41,977 nucleotides of DNA from Candidatus Omnitrophota bacterium (lineage in GTDB: Bacteria; Omnitrophota; Gorgyraeia; M55B152), in assembly GCA_018399975.1 (NCBI GenBank), contig JAGYNU010000003.1, forward strand, positions 1 through 41,977, in the 5' to 3' direction. Positions 18,432 to 27,147 of this stretch are shown here, one piece after another. Each line of letters starts with the position of its first letter. Positions within the stretch are counted from its first letter, which is position 1. Made by a program: the position numbers and the translations under genes. A model generated the notes under the pieces. It searched no databases, was not told the DNA's origin, and worked only from the letters and a program-made list of their open reading frames with translations.

Positions 18432-19772
18432 ATGAAGGATACTGATGTATTAATTATTGGTGGAGGCCCGGCAGGAATAGTTAGTGCTTCTACAGTTAAA
18501 CAATATTATCCAGATAAAAGGATAATTTTGATGAAAAGTATTAGAGAGGGTTGTATCCCTTGTGGGATTCCTTATATGTTTTCAAGTTTAAAAGACCCGG
18601 ATGAAGATAAATTAGGCACTGATTCTTTAGAAAAAAAAGGTATTGAAGTTGTTATAGATAAAGCTTTAAAAATAGATAGGGAAAATAAAGTAGTTGAAGC
18701 CGAAAATAATAAATATAGTTATGAGAAATTAATACTTGCTATTGGTTCTTCTCCTATAGTTCCTCCTATCCCGGGCATTGATAAAGAAGGCATTTATTCT
18801 ATATATAAAGATTTGAATTATTTAAGAAATGTTGTAAAAGATGTAAAAAGTAGTAAAGATATTCTTATAATGGGGGGAGGTTTTATTGGGGTAGAATTCG
18901 CAGATGAAATTTCTAATATTGAAGGTATAAATGTTTATTTAGTAGAAATGTTGCCTAATTTGCTTTTAAATTCGTTTGACCATGAATTTTCTGATTTAGT
19001 AGAAGAAAAATTAAAAGCTAAAGGTGTTAATATAATAACTAATGACAAGATTATAGAATTTTTAGGAAAAAAACGTGTAGATAAAGTCAAGTTAGCCAGT
19101 GGTAGAGAATTATCTGTCGATAGGGTTATTTTAGGTATAGGAGCAAAACCAAATGTTAGTTTAGCTGTTAAAGCAGACCTTGATTTAGGAAGGTGCAGTG
19201 GGATATTAGTTGATGAATATATGAGAACTAATGACCCGGATATTTTTGCTGTGGGAGATTGTTCTTGTAAAAGAGAATTTTTTACACGCAAGGCTACACC
19301 TGTAATGCTTGCATCTACTGCTACTGCAGAAGCAAGAATTGCAGGGGCAAATTTATATAAAATAAAAGTTGTTAGAGAACATAAAGGTACTATTGCTATT
19401 TATTCGACTTATATTGATGGTTTAGTTTTAGGTTCTGCGGGCCTTACAGAGCATAATGCCCGAATTGGAGGTTTTGAGATTGAGGTAGGATTCGTCGAAG
19501 GCGTGGATAAACATCCTTCTACTCTTCCTGGTGTTAGTAAAGCTAAAGTTAAATTAGTTTTTTCAAAACAAGCAGGAATTTTATTAGGAGGACAGGTAAG
19601 TTGTGGAATGGCTTGTGCTCAGCTTATAAATATGGTGGGCCTTGCTATACAAAAGAGGATGTCGTTTGTAGAATTGGAAACTTTGCAGGTAGCAACTCAT
19701 CCTTATCTTACAAGTTCGCCTACAAAATATCCTGTAGTTTTAGCTGCCCAGAAGATTTCAAAAAATATGTAA
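18432..19772 (+). CDS. FAD-dependent pyridine nucleotide-disulfide oxidoreductase (NADH oxidase/CoA-disulfide reductase family)
   Basis: IIGGGPAG, PCGIPY redox Cys, MGGGFIGVE, TNDPDIFAVGDC; RBS AGGAGG. Confidence 0.92.
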   Translation: MKDTDVLIIGGGPAGIVSASTVKQYYPDKRIILMKSIREGCIPCGIPYMFSSLKDPDEDKLGTDSLEKKGIEVVIDKALKIDRENKVVEAENNKYSYEKLILAIGSSPIVPPIPGIDKEGIYSIYKDLNYLRNVVKDVKSSKDILIMGGGFIGVEFADEISNIEGINVYLVEMLPNLLLNSFDHEFSDLVEEKLKAKGVNIITNDKIIEFLGKKRVDKVKLASGRELSVDRVILGIGAKPNVSLAVKADLDLGRCSGILVDEYMRTNDPDIFAVGDCSCKREFFTRKATPVMLASTATAEARIAGANLYKIKVVREHKGTIAIYSTYIDGLVLGSAGLTEHNARIGGFEIEVGFVEGVDKHPSTLPGVSKAKVKLVFSKQAGILLGGQVSCGMACAQLINMVGLAIQKRMSFVELETLQVATHPYLTSSPTKYPVVLAAQKISKNM

Positions 19773-19864
19773 TATTACAATTACAAATGCAAATGACGAA
19801 GTTAGATATTGAGAATCCTTAAATAAGGAAACAATATACTGATTTCTTTTAGATAATATTTTAT

Positions 19865-19897
19865 CCGCCTTCGCAGAAAGCCATGGGTTTACCCGTG
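19865..19897. mobile_element. IS200/IS605-end-like hairpin remnant
   Basis: gaaagccatgggtttacccgtg contains hairpin catggg-ttta-cccgtg; 18/21 identical to 18131-18151. Confidence 0.55.
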
Positions 19898-19898
19898 A

Positions 19899-20138
19899 AA
19901 GAAATTTTGGCATATTGATTATTTACTTTTATCAAAAGATGTCAAGGTAGAAGAAATTTGGTTTAGTAATAAAAGCGAATGTCAAACAGTAGAAAGTTTT
20001 AATAAAAAAGGATATAGTTCTATATATAAATTTGGGAGTTCTGACTGTAGTTGTGTCAGCCATTTGTTTTTTATCCCGTCAGAAAGTTATTTTTTGACAG
20101 AATTTGTTAAAAATATTGCCCAATCAAAGGTTTATTAA
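19899..20138 (+). pseudogene. 5'-truncated DUF123/Uri (GIY-YIG) endonuclease
   Basis: Unannotated frame KKFWHIDYLL...SEC...FGSSDCSCVSHLFF, the C-terminal signature of DUF123. No start codon; the N-terminal half is missing. Confidence 0.8.
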
Positions 20139-20205
20139 ATTAAAATAATCCTTTTATTTAAAATTTTGTTATATATGTTATAAGTTAGGGAGAGGATAAA
20201 TAAAA

Positions 20206-20643
20206 ATGAAAAATACCAAATTTATTTTTCAAGCGAGTGTAAAGTGGACAGAAAATAAAAAAGGTAATGTAAGTAGTCTTAACAAGCCGGATATTGAAAT
20301 TTCTACTCCTCCACAGTTTGAAGGATATGAGGGTTATTGGTCTCCTGAGGAATTGTTTCTTTCTTCTATTAATTCTTGTATTATGACTACATTTTTTTAT
20401 TTTGCTGATAAATTTTCTTTAGAATTTGTTTCATATCATAGTGAAATTGAAGGCGAAGTCTGTTTAGATAAAGGAAGCTTTGTTTTTTCACTTATAACTG
20501 TTCGGCCAATAGTTACTGTTAAAAATATTTATAAAAAAGAAAAGGTTCTTAAGACAATAGAAAAGAGTCATAAATATTGTCTTGTTTCTGCTTCTGTAAA
20601 ATCTGAGATTAAAATTGAGCCTAAAGTTAATATAGTTAAATAA
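20206..20643 (+). CDS. OsmC/Ohr family protein
   Basis: TPPQFEG...WSPEELFLSSINSCIMTTF and KYCLVSAS (two conserved Cys). Confidence 0.9.
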   Translation: MKNTKFIFQASVKWTENKKGNVSSLNKPDIEISTPPQFEGYEGYWSPEELFLSSINSCIMTTFFYFADKFSLEFVSYHSEIEGEVCLDKGSFVFSLITVRPIVTVKNIYKKEKVLKTIEKSHKYCLVSASVKSEIKIEPKVNIVK

Positions 20644-20712
20644 AAGTTTAATAGTAGTAGAAAATTTTGATAACTATTGCATTAAAAATAGCTTGTTAGT
20701 TTAATAATTTAT

Positions 20713-20764
20713 TTGACATATTCAAGAAAAAGTGGTAACTTAAATGGCAATGAAAATCATTTCC
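20713..20764 (+). promoter_or_regulatory. Sigma-70 promoter followed by Fur-like box
   Basis: TTGACA-N17-TAACTT with extended TG; GGCAATGAAAATCATTTCC (20746-20764) matches the Fur consensus GATAATGATAATCATTATC at 14/19. Confidence 0.65.
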
Positions 20765-20911
20765 AATAAAGAATAGTAAAATATTTTTTGTAGTTTTCAT
20801 TTCCCCCAAAATAGTTTTTTATATTACAGTTCAAGGATTAATGTATTTAAATTAATTAAAGTTACTATTTAATTATTTTAATATTTTTAAACAAAAGAGT
20901 TAGGTGAAAAA

Positions 20912-21733
20912 ATGAATGAACAAGAAAGAAAAGAACAGGATAAACGGTTAAAAGAGCGTATATCTCGCATAAAATATAAGGTTATTGTCATAAGTGGAAA
21001 AGGTGGCGTTGGAAAGACTACGGTGGCAGTTAATTTAGCTTGTGGTTTAGCTAAAAAAAATAAACGGGTAGGTATCTTGGATGTCGATATTCATGGACCT
21101 AATATAGCTAAGATGTTGGGGATTGAAGATAAAAAACTTACAGGTGGTGAATTAGGTATTGAACCTATAAAAGTTTCGACTGGTTTAAAAGCTGTAAGCC
21201 TATCCTTTCTCTTAGAAAATAAGGACCGGCCTGTAATATGGAGAGGGCCTCTTAAAATGATTACTATAAAACAGTTTTTATCAGATGTTAATTGGGGCGA
21301 TCTCGATTATTTAATTATTGACTCTCCTCCTGGAACAGGTGATGAACCATTAAGCGTATGTCAGCTTATTCCGGATCTAAATGCAGCTATAGTAGTTACT
21401 ACTCCTCAAGATGTTGCTATTTTAGATTCAAGGAAAAGTATTTTATTTGCAAAAGAACTTAAAGTTCCTTTTATAGGTGTTATTGAAAATATGAGTGGAT
21501 TTATATGTCCGTATTGTAAGAAGGAAATAAATTTGTTTGGAATTGGCGGTGGGGAAAAATCAGCTAAAGATTTTAATGTGCCATTTTTAGGGAGAATCCC
21601 TATTGAAACCGAAATGGTAAAGCTTGGAGATATGGGACAGCCTTTTGTTAATTTTAGAGATAAAACACAAACAGCTAAAATTATAGATGATATATCAAAT
21701 AAAATTACAAATTTTGTAGAAAACAATGGATGA
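20912..21733 (+). CDS. mrp: Mrp/NBP35 (ApbC) Fe-S cluster carrier ATPase
   Basis: [35 protein letters not shown]...CPYC. Confidence 0.95.
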   Translation: MNEQERKEQDKRLKERISRIKYKVIVISGKGGVGKTTVAVNLACGLAKKNKRVGILDVDIHGPNIAKMLGIEDKKLTGGELGIEPIKVSTGLKAVSLSFLLENKDRPVIWRGPLKMITIKQFLSDVNWGDLDYLIIDSPPGTGDEPLSVCQLIPDLNAAIVVTTPQDVAILDSRKSILFAKELKVPFIGVIENMSGFICPYCKKEINLFGIGGGEKSAKDFNVPFLGRIPIETEMVKLGDMGQPFVNFRDKTQTAKIIDDISNKITNFVENNG

Positions 21734-21929
21734 TAAAAAAATTTGCAAGTGGTATGATGTTTGTCCGATTAAAAGATTTTATGAATATGGTAAATTAGAT
21801 AAAAAGTGGGTTGAAGATTATTGTTGGAACAACTATCTTAAATGTGTGAGATATAAAATGGAAGAGAAGAATTTATATCATCCTGATAATATGTTGCCAG
21901 ATGGAACAATCGATGAAAATTTAAAATAA
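21726..21929 (+). CDS. Small Cys-rich conserved hypothetical protein
   Basis: CKWYDVCP...YC...CVRY...HPDNMLPDG; overlaps the mrp stop. Confidence 0.75.
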   Translation: MDDKKICKWYDVCPIKRFYEYGKLDKKWVEDYCWNNYLKCVRYKMEEKNLYHPDNMLPDGTIDENLK

Positions 21930-21951
21930 GGAAAGTTTTTGAATTTTAACA

Positions 21952-22536
21952 ATGATTAAGTGGATTGAAGATTTTGTTCATTTTGGAAAAGTAAAAGAAG
22001 AACATAAAGATTTTTTAGTTTTAATGTTCTATGCAAATTTTTCGCATGGTGCAAAACGTGCTTTAAGTGAGATTGAAAGATTTAGCAAGGAAAACAAAGA
22101 AGTGCCTATTTATATTGTAGACGTTGAAAAAATTAAAGGCATACATAAACAGTTTGAAGTTGAGAATGTTCCTATAGTGTTATTACTTCGTGAGTCAAAA
22201 GTAATAAGACGTATAAAGGGTGTTGAAAGTGCGCAGTTCTATGCACGTGTCATTCTTGGAATACATCCATCTAAATATAAAAAAGAAGGACAAAAGGTTT
22301 TTCATAGAGTAGTTGTATATAGCGGCCCAGGGTGTCCTGCTTGTGGAGCTGCTAAAGCATATTTACGGAAACGAGGAATTAATTTTAGAACAGTGGATAT
22401 ATCTCGTGACCAAAGAGCAGCTGAAAGATTAGTTAAACGTAGTGGACAAATGGCAGTGCCACAAATTGATATAGATGGTCATCTAATAGTAGGATTTGAT
22501 AAGGTAAAAATCGATAGGTTTTTATCAATTAAATAA
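21952..22536 (+). CDS. Thioredoxin-like plus glutaredoxin (NrdH-like) fusion
   Basis: N-terminal Trx fold (FYANFS, ENVP) without CxxC; C-terminal YSGPGCPAC...SGQMAVPQIDIDG...VGFD. Confidence 0.85.
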   Translation: MIKWIEDFVHFGKVKEEHKDFLVLMFYANFSHGAKRALSEIERFSKENKEVPIYIVDVEKIKGIHKQFEVENVPIVLLLRESKVIRRIKGVESAQFYARVILGIHPSKYKKEGQKVFHRVVVYSGPGCPACGAAKAYLRKRGINFRTVDISRDQRAAERLVKRSGQMAVPQIDIDGHLIVGFDKVKIDRFLSIK

Positions 22537-22596
22537 AAGATGTTAAACAATTATTTTTTATTTTGATAAAAAGTAATTATCAAAGGAGGTAGTAAA

Positions 22597-22881
22597 ATGG
22601 AATTAAAACCAGTAAACGGTCGTATATTAGTAAAACCTTTAGAGGCAAAAGAAAGAACTTCGGGAGGTATATATCTTCCGGATACCGCTAAAGAAAAGCT
22701 TCAAGAAGGTATAGTTAAAGCAGTAGCAGAAGATGCAACTGACGAAGTTGCAGTTGAAGACCATGTGATCTATAAAGAATTTGTAGGAACAGAAGTCAAA
22801 ATAGAAGGTGAAAATTATATTTTGCTTACCGAAGATGATTTGCTGGCAAAACATGAAGAAGTGAATAAGATTCCAGAATAG
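22597..22881 (+). CDS. groES: Co-chaperonin GroES
   Basis: LKPVNGRILVK, TSGGIYLPDTAKEK, GTEVKIEGENY; RBS AAGGAGG. Confidence 0.95.
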   Translation: MELKPVNGRILVKPLEAKERTSGGIYLPDTAKEKLQEGIVKAVAEDATDEVAVEDHVIYKEFVGTEVKIEGENYILLTEDDLLAKHEEVNKIPE

Positions 22882-22954
22882 AAATTCAGGGAAGATTTGT
22901 CTATATAGGTAAGAAAGATTATTATCGTTTAAGATAAAAAAAGAGGGTTTTAGA

Positions 22955-23212
22955 ATGATTAAAGTTAAAGAAGAAAATGAAGGTAAGTTTTTAGTCATAA
23001 TAGGGGAAAAAAATACTGAAACAGAATATAATGTAGAAGTAGATGATGAATACTATCAAAAATTGACTGAAGGTAGAATAACTAAACAAGAATTAATAAA
23101 AAAGTCTTTCCAGTTTCTACTGGAGAGGGAATCTAAAGAATCAATTTTTTCAAGTTTTAATTTAAGAATTATTAAAAGTTATTTTCCTGAATACGAACAA
23201 GTGATAAAATGA
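22955..23212 (+). CDS. Conserved hypothetical protein
   Basis: Clean ORF in operon; SFQFLLERESKESI...YFPEYE pattern. Confidence 0.7.
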   Translation: MIKVKEENEGKFLVIIGEKNTETEYNVEVDDEYYQKLTEGRITKQELIKKSFQFLLERESKESIFSSFNLRIIKSYFPEYEQVIK

Positions 23213-23231
23213 ATCTTTATAGATATAAAAT

Positions 23232-23555
23232 ATGTTGAGTGTAGATAAAGAAAAGTGTATAGGATGCAAGATTTGCCTTAATGTTTGTCCTGTAAAAGCA
23301 GTTTCGATGAATAAAGATAAAGCTGAAATTGATAACGATAAATGTATAGATTGTAGTAAATGTATACAGTTTTGTCCTAAAGATGCCATTTATTCTACGA
23401 CGGAGTCATTTTCTTTTAATTCTAATCAAATGTTTCCTGCTTACGGATTTGGTATGAGAAGAAAACAAGGTAGAGGTTTAGGCCGAGGTATGGGCAGGGG
23501 GTTAGGTAGAGGTTCTCAAGATGGGAGAGGGCGAGGCCGTGGTAGAGGTATATAA
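23232..23555 (+). CDS. 2x[4Fe-4S] ferredoxin with Gly/Arg-rich tail
   Basis: Two CxxCxxCxxxCP motifs; C-terminal GRGLGRGMGRG repeats (DUF5320-like). Confidence 0.9.
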   Translation: MLSVDKEKCIGCKICLNVCPVKAVSMNKDKAEIDNDKCIDCSKCIQFCPKDAIYSTTESFSFNSNQMFPAYGFGMRRKQGRGLGRGMGRGLGRGSQDGRGRGRGRGI

Positions 23556-23573
23556 AGATAGAAAGATAAAATA

Positions 23574-25433
23574 ATGATTAAAGAGTCAAAGCAAATAAAG
23601 ATTGCAGTTTCCAGTGGAAAAGGAGGAACGGGGAAAACTTTTGTAGCTACTAATTTGGCAAAGGTATTATCTAAAAAATACAGGCAGGTTTGTTACTTAG
23701 ATTGTGACGTAGAAGAACCTAATGGACATTTATTTCTTAATCCTGTTATAAAAAACCAAGAAGAAGTTACTTTAATTGCTCCTATGGGAATAGATGAAGA
23801 AAAGTGTACTTTATGTGGTGAATGTGCAGAGGTTTGTAAGTATAATGCTATAGCAATAGTTAATAAAAAAGTGTTGATATTTAAAGAGTTATGCCATGTA
23901 TGTGGAGCATGTGAAATTGTGTGTCCGGTTAATGCTATTGTTGAAAAAAAAAGGAAAATTGGTATTATAAAAGAAGGAATAAATGAAGGGATAAAGATAT
24001 ATTATGCTCTTTTAGAAACGGCCGAAGGGGGAATGTCTCCCAGGTTAGTAGCAAAAGTAAAAGAATATTTAGGGGAAGGGATTAATATTTTAGATTCTCC
24101 TCCAGGAACAAGTTGCCCAGTGGTAGAAACAGTTAGAGATATGGATTTATGTATTTTAGTTACCGATCCTACTCCTTTTGGGGTAAATGACTTAAAACTC
24201 TCTGTTGATATGGTTAGGGATACAGGTCAAGAACCAGTGATTTTAGTAAATAGAGCAGAATATAAGAATAATGATTTAAAAGATTATTGCTTAAAAGAAC
24301 AACTGGATATTATTGGAGAAATACCAGACGAGCGAAAGATAGCTGAAAGTTATTCACAGGGACAGTTGGCGGTAGAACAGTTTCCTGAAATAAAGAAAAT
24401 ATTTGATAAATTAGCTGATAGAATATTAGTTTTAGCTAAACAGCAGAGAAGAATACCAGAGTTAGTAAAAAGAAAAAACTATTTGTCTGACAAGAAGATT
24501 CCTGAAGAAACAAAAAAATATGATAATTTAGATATTACGAAACCTAAAGAATTAGTGGTTATTAGTGGCAAAGGAGGAACTGGGAAAACTTCTTTAACTG
24601 CATGTTTTACTGCTTTAGCAAAACCGACTGTAATTTCGGATTGTGATGTTGATGCAGCAGATTTATATTTGGTTTTATCTCCGCAAGTAAAAGAAAAAGG
24701 GTTTTTTAGTGGAGGAGTTGAAGTTGATATAAAGCAAGATTTATGTGTCCAATGTGGAGATTGTGAACAAGCTTGTAGGTTTTCGGCTATTAAGGAATAT
24801 GAAGGAGGTGGGAAAAAGCAATATGTAATTGATAAATTAGCTTGCGAAGGATGTGGCACATGCGAATTGGTGTGTGAATATGATGCTATTGAATCTAAAC
24901 CTTCTATAAATGGTGAATGGTTTATATCTGAAACTCGGAATGGGCCAATGAGTCATGCAAAGTTAGGGATAGCAGAAGAAAATTCTGGTAAGTTGGTTAC
25001 TCTAGTTCGTGAAAAAGCAGCTTTGCTTTCAAAACAAAATAAAATAAGTGAAGTTATTATAGATGGAGCTCCGGGGACAGGATGCCCGGTGATATCTTCT
25101 ATTACAGGAGCTGATTATGCTTTAGCAGTTACTGAGCCTACTGTATCGGGTGTGCATGATTTAGAAAGAGTTTTGCAAGTTATTGACCATTTTAAAATTA
25201 AATCTGGTATTGTGGTGAACAAATATGATTTAAATAAAGGATTAACACAAAAAATAAAAGAATTAGCAAAACAATATAATTCAGAATTTATAGGAGTAAT
25301 ACCTTATGGAAAGGAGGTTACAGAAGCACAGATGCAGAAATTATCAGTTGTGGAGTATACAGATACTCCTTTAACAAAAAGCATAAAGGATATTTGGGAA
25401 AAGATAAGTGTACACTGGAAACAAAAAGTTTAA
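23574..25433 (+). CDS. Tandem fusion of two MinD-like P-loop ATPases, each with an inserted ferredoxin
   Basis: Two SGKGGTGKT, two DCDV and two PGTxCPV motifs plus four ferredoxin-type Cys motifs. Confidence 0.9.
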   Translation: MIKESKQIKIAVSSGKGGTGKTFVATNLAKVLSKKYRQVCYLDCDVEEPNGHLFLNPVIKNQEEVTLIAPMGIDEEKCTLCGECAEVCKYNAIAIVNKKVLIFKELCHVCGACEIVCPVNAIVEKKRKIGIIKEGINEGIKIYYALLETAEGGMSPRLVAKVKEYLGEGINILDSPPGTSCPVVETVRDMDLCILVTDPTPFGVNDLKLSVDMVRDTGQEPVILVNRAEYKNNDLKDYCLKEQLDIIGEIPDERKIAESYSQGQLAVEQFPEIKKIFDKLADRILVLAKQQRRIPELVKRKNYLSDKKIPEETKKYDNLDITKPKELVVISGKGGTGKTSLTACFTALAKPTVISDCDVDAADLYLVLSPQVKEKGFFSGGVEVDIKQDLCVQCGDCEQACRFSAIKEYEGGGKKQYVIDKLACEGCGTCELVCEYDAIESKPSINGEWFISETRNGPMSHAKLGIAEENSGKLVTLVREKAALLSKQNKISEVIIDGAPGTGCPVISSITGADYALAVTEPTVSGVHDLERVLQVIDHFKIKSGIVVNKYDLNKGLTQKIKELAKQYNSEFIGVIPYGKEVTEAQMQKLSVVEYTDTPLTKSIKDIWEKISVHWKQKV

Positions 25434-25489
25434 TAATAATGTTTTTAAATTTGTATATTTTAAATTATAATTAAATAAGGGGTGATGTC

Positions 25490-26542
25490 ATGATAAACAA
25501 AATAACCGATATTTTGGGAAAAGATGCTCAAGATTTATTGAACCACAAATGTAATACAATTTCAAAGGATAGTCTTAATCTTCCCGGGCCTGATTTAATT
25601 GATAGAATATTTAGTATTACGGATAGGCCCAATAGTGTGCTTAAGAATTTACAAGGTGTTTTAAATCATGGTAGATTAAAAAACACTGGGTATCTTTCAA
25701 TTTTGCCAGTTGACCAGGGAATTGAACATTCAGCAGGAGCTTCTTTTGCTCCGAATCCTATTTATTTTGATCCTGAGAATATAGTGAAACTTGCTGTTGA
25801 AGGAGGATGTAATGCTGTTACTTCTACATTAGGAGTATTAGGAGCAGTTTCTCGAAAATATGCCCACAAGATACCTTTTATTGTAAAAATTAATCATAAT
25901 GAGCTTTTAACCTATCCCAATTCTTATGACCAGAGGCTTTTTGCTTCTGTAAAGCAGGCTTTTGATATGGGAGCAGCAGGAGTTGGTGCGACTATTTATT
26001 TTGGTTCACAAGAGTCTCGTAGACAGATAGAGGAAATATCGCAGGTTTTTAAACAAGCCCATGAACTTGGGATGTTTACTGTGTTATGGTGCTATTTAAG
26101 AAATAAAAATTTCAAGAAAGATAATGTCGATTACCATACTTCAGCTGATTTAACTGGTCAAGCTAATCATTTAGGAGCTACGATTGAAGCTGATCTTATA
26201 AAGCAGAAACAACCAACGAATAATGGAGGATATACTGCTTTACAATTTGGCAAAACTGATCCTATTGTATATGAAAAATTGACTTCTGATCATCCAATAG
26301 ACTTAACAAGATATCAAGTGGCTAACTGTTATATGGGTAGAATTGGATTAATTAATTCAGGAGGAGCTTCCGGAGAAAATGATTTACAGCAAGCAGTTAA
26401 AACAGCCGTAATAAATAAAAGAGCAGGTGGAATGGGAATTATATCTGGAAGAAAAACTTTTCAAAAACCTTTAGAAGAAGGTGTTAAAATCTTCAATGCT
26501 ATTCAGGATGTATATCTTACTAAAGAAATAACTATAGCATGA
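25490..26542 (+). CDS. fbaB: Class I fructose-bisphosphate aldolase (DhnA type)
   Basis: [45 protein letters not shown]. Confidence 0.95.
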   Translation: MINKITDILGKDAQDLLNHKCNTISKDSLNLPGPDLIDRIFSITDRPNSVLKNLQGVLNHGRLKNTGYLSILPVDQGIEHSAGASFAPNPIYFDPENIVKLAVEGGCNAVTSTLGVLGAVSRKYAHKIPFIVKINHNELLTYPNSYDQRLFASVKQAFDMGAAGVGATIYFGSQESRRQIEEISQVFKQAHELGMFTVLWCYLRNKNFKKDNVDYHTSADLTGQANHLGATIEADLIKQKQPTNNGGYTALQFGKTDPIVYEKLTSDHPIDLTRYQVANCYMGRIGLINSGGASGENDLQQAVKTAVINKRAGGMGIISGRKTFQKPLEEGVKIFNAIQDVYLTKEITIA

Positions 26543-26594
26543 TATTATTTTTATTGGATATACAAAATGTATTTAATTAAACATTTATTTTTTT

Positions 26595-27119
26595 ATGTCT
26601 ATTAAAAGAAAAAGTATTGTTACTAAAATTGGAGATAATGGCTATACTTACCCATATTCCGGAGATAAATTAAGTAAAAGTGATTTAAAGCTTGAGGTAG
26701 TGGGTACTATGGATGAGCTTGTTTCTTTTTTGGGAATGGCTAAAAGTTTGATTAAAAATAAAAAGGATAAAAATTTAGTAGAAAAAATTCAGAAAAATTT
26801 ATTTGTTTTAGGAAGTCAAATTTCTGGATTAAATTCTAAAAAGTTAAAAAAAAGAATAACTTCTAAGCATATAGCATATTTAGAGCATGAAATTGAGAAA
26901 TTAGAGGAAAAATTTAGTTTTAAGGATTTCATATTGCCCGGAGATAATTTAGTTTCTTCGACACTACATGTTACTCGTGCTATTATTAGGCGTTTAGAGC
27001 GTAGAACAGTGGCATTTAAAAATAAAACTAAATTTAAAAATAAAAATATTCTTATTTATTTGAATAGACTATCAGATTTATTATTTTTATTAGCTTATAA
27101 ATATAGTCTCAAGGATTAA
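26595..27119 (+). CDS. pduO: PduO-type ATP:cob(I)alamin adenosyltransferase
   Basis: TKIGDNG, GTMDELVSFLG, FILPG, RRLER, YLNRLSDLLF. Confidence 0.9.
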   Translation: MSIKRKSIVTKIGDNGYTYPYSGDKLSKSDLKLEVVGTMDELVSFLGMAKSLIKNKKDKNLVEKIQKNLFVLGSQISGLNSKKLKKRITSKHIAYLEHEIEKLEEKFSFKDFILPGDNLVSSTLHVTRAIIRRLERRTVAFKNKTKFKNKNILIYLNRLSDLLFLLAYKYSLKD

Positions 27120-27147
27120 AGATTAAATTTTAGGAGGGATTATTAAG

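Noticed and set aside
19601-19822. 73-aa + strand ORF
   Set aside because: Out-of-frame overlap with the oxidoreductase 3' end; no RBS or motif.
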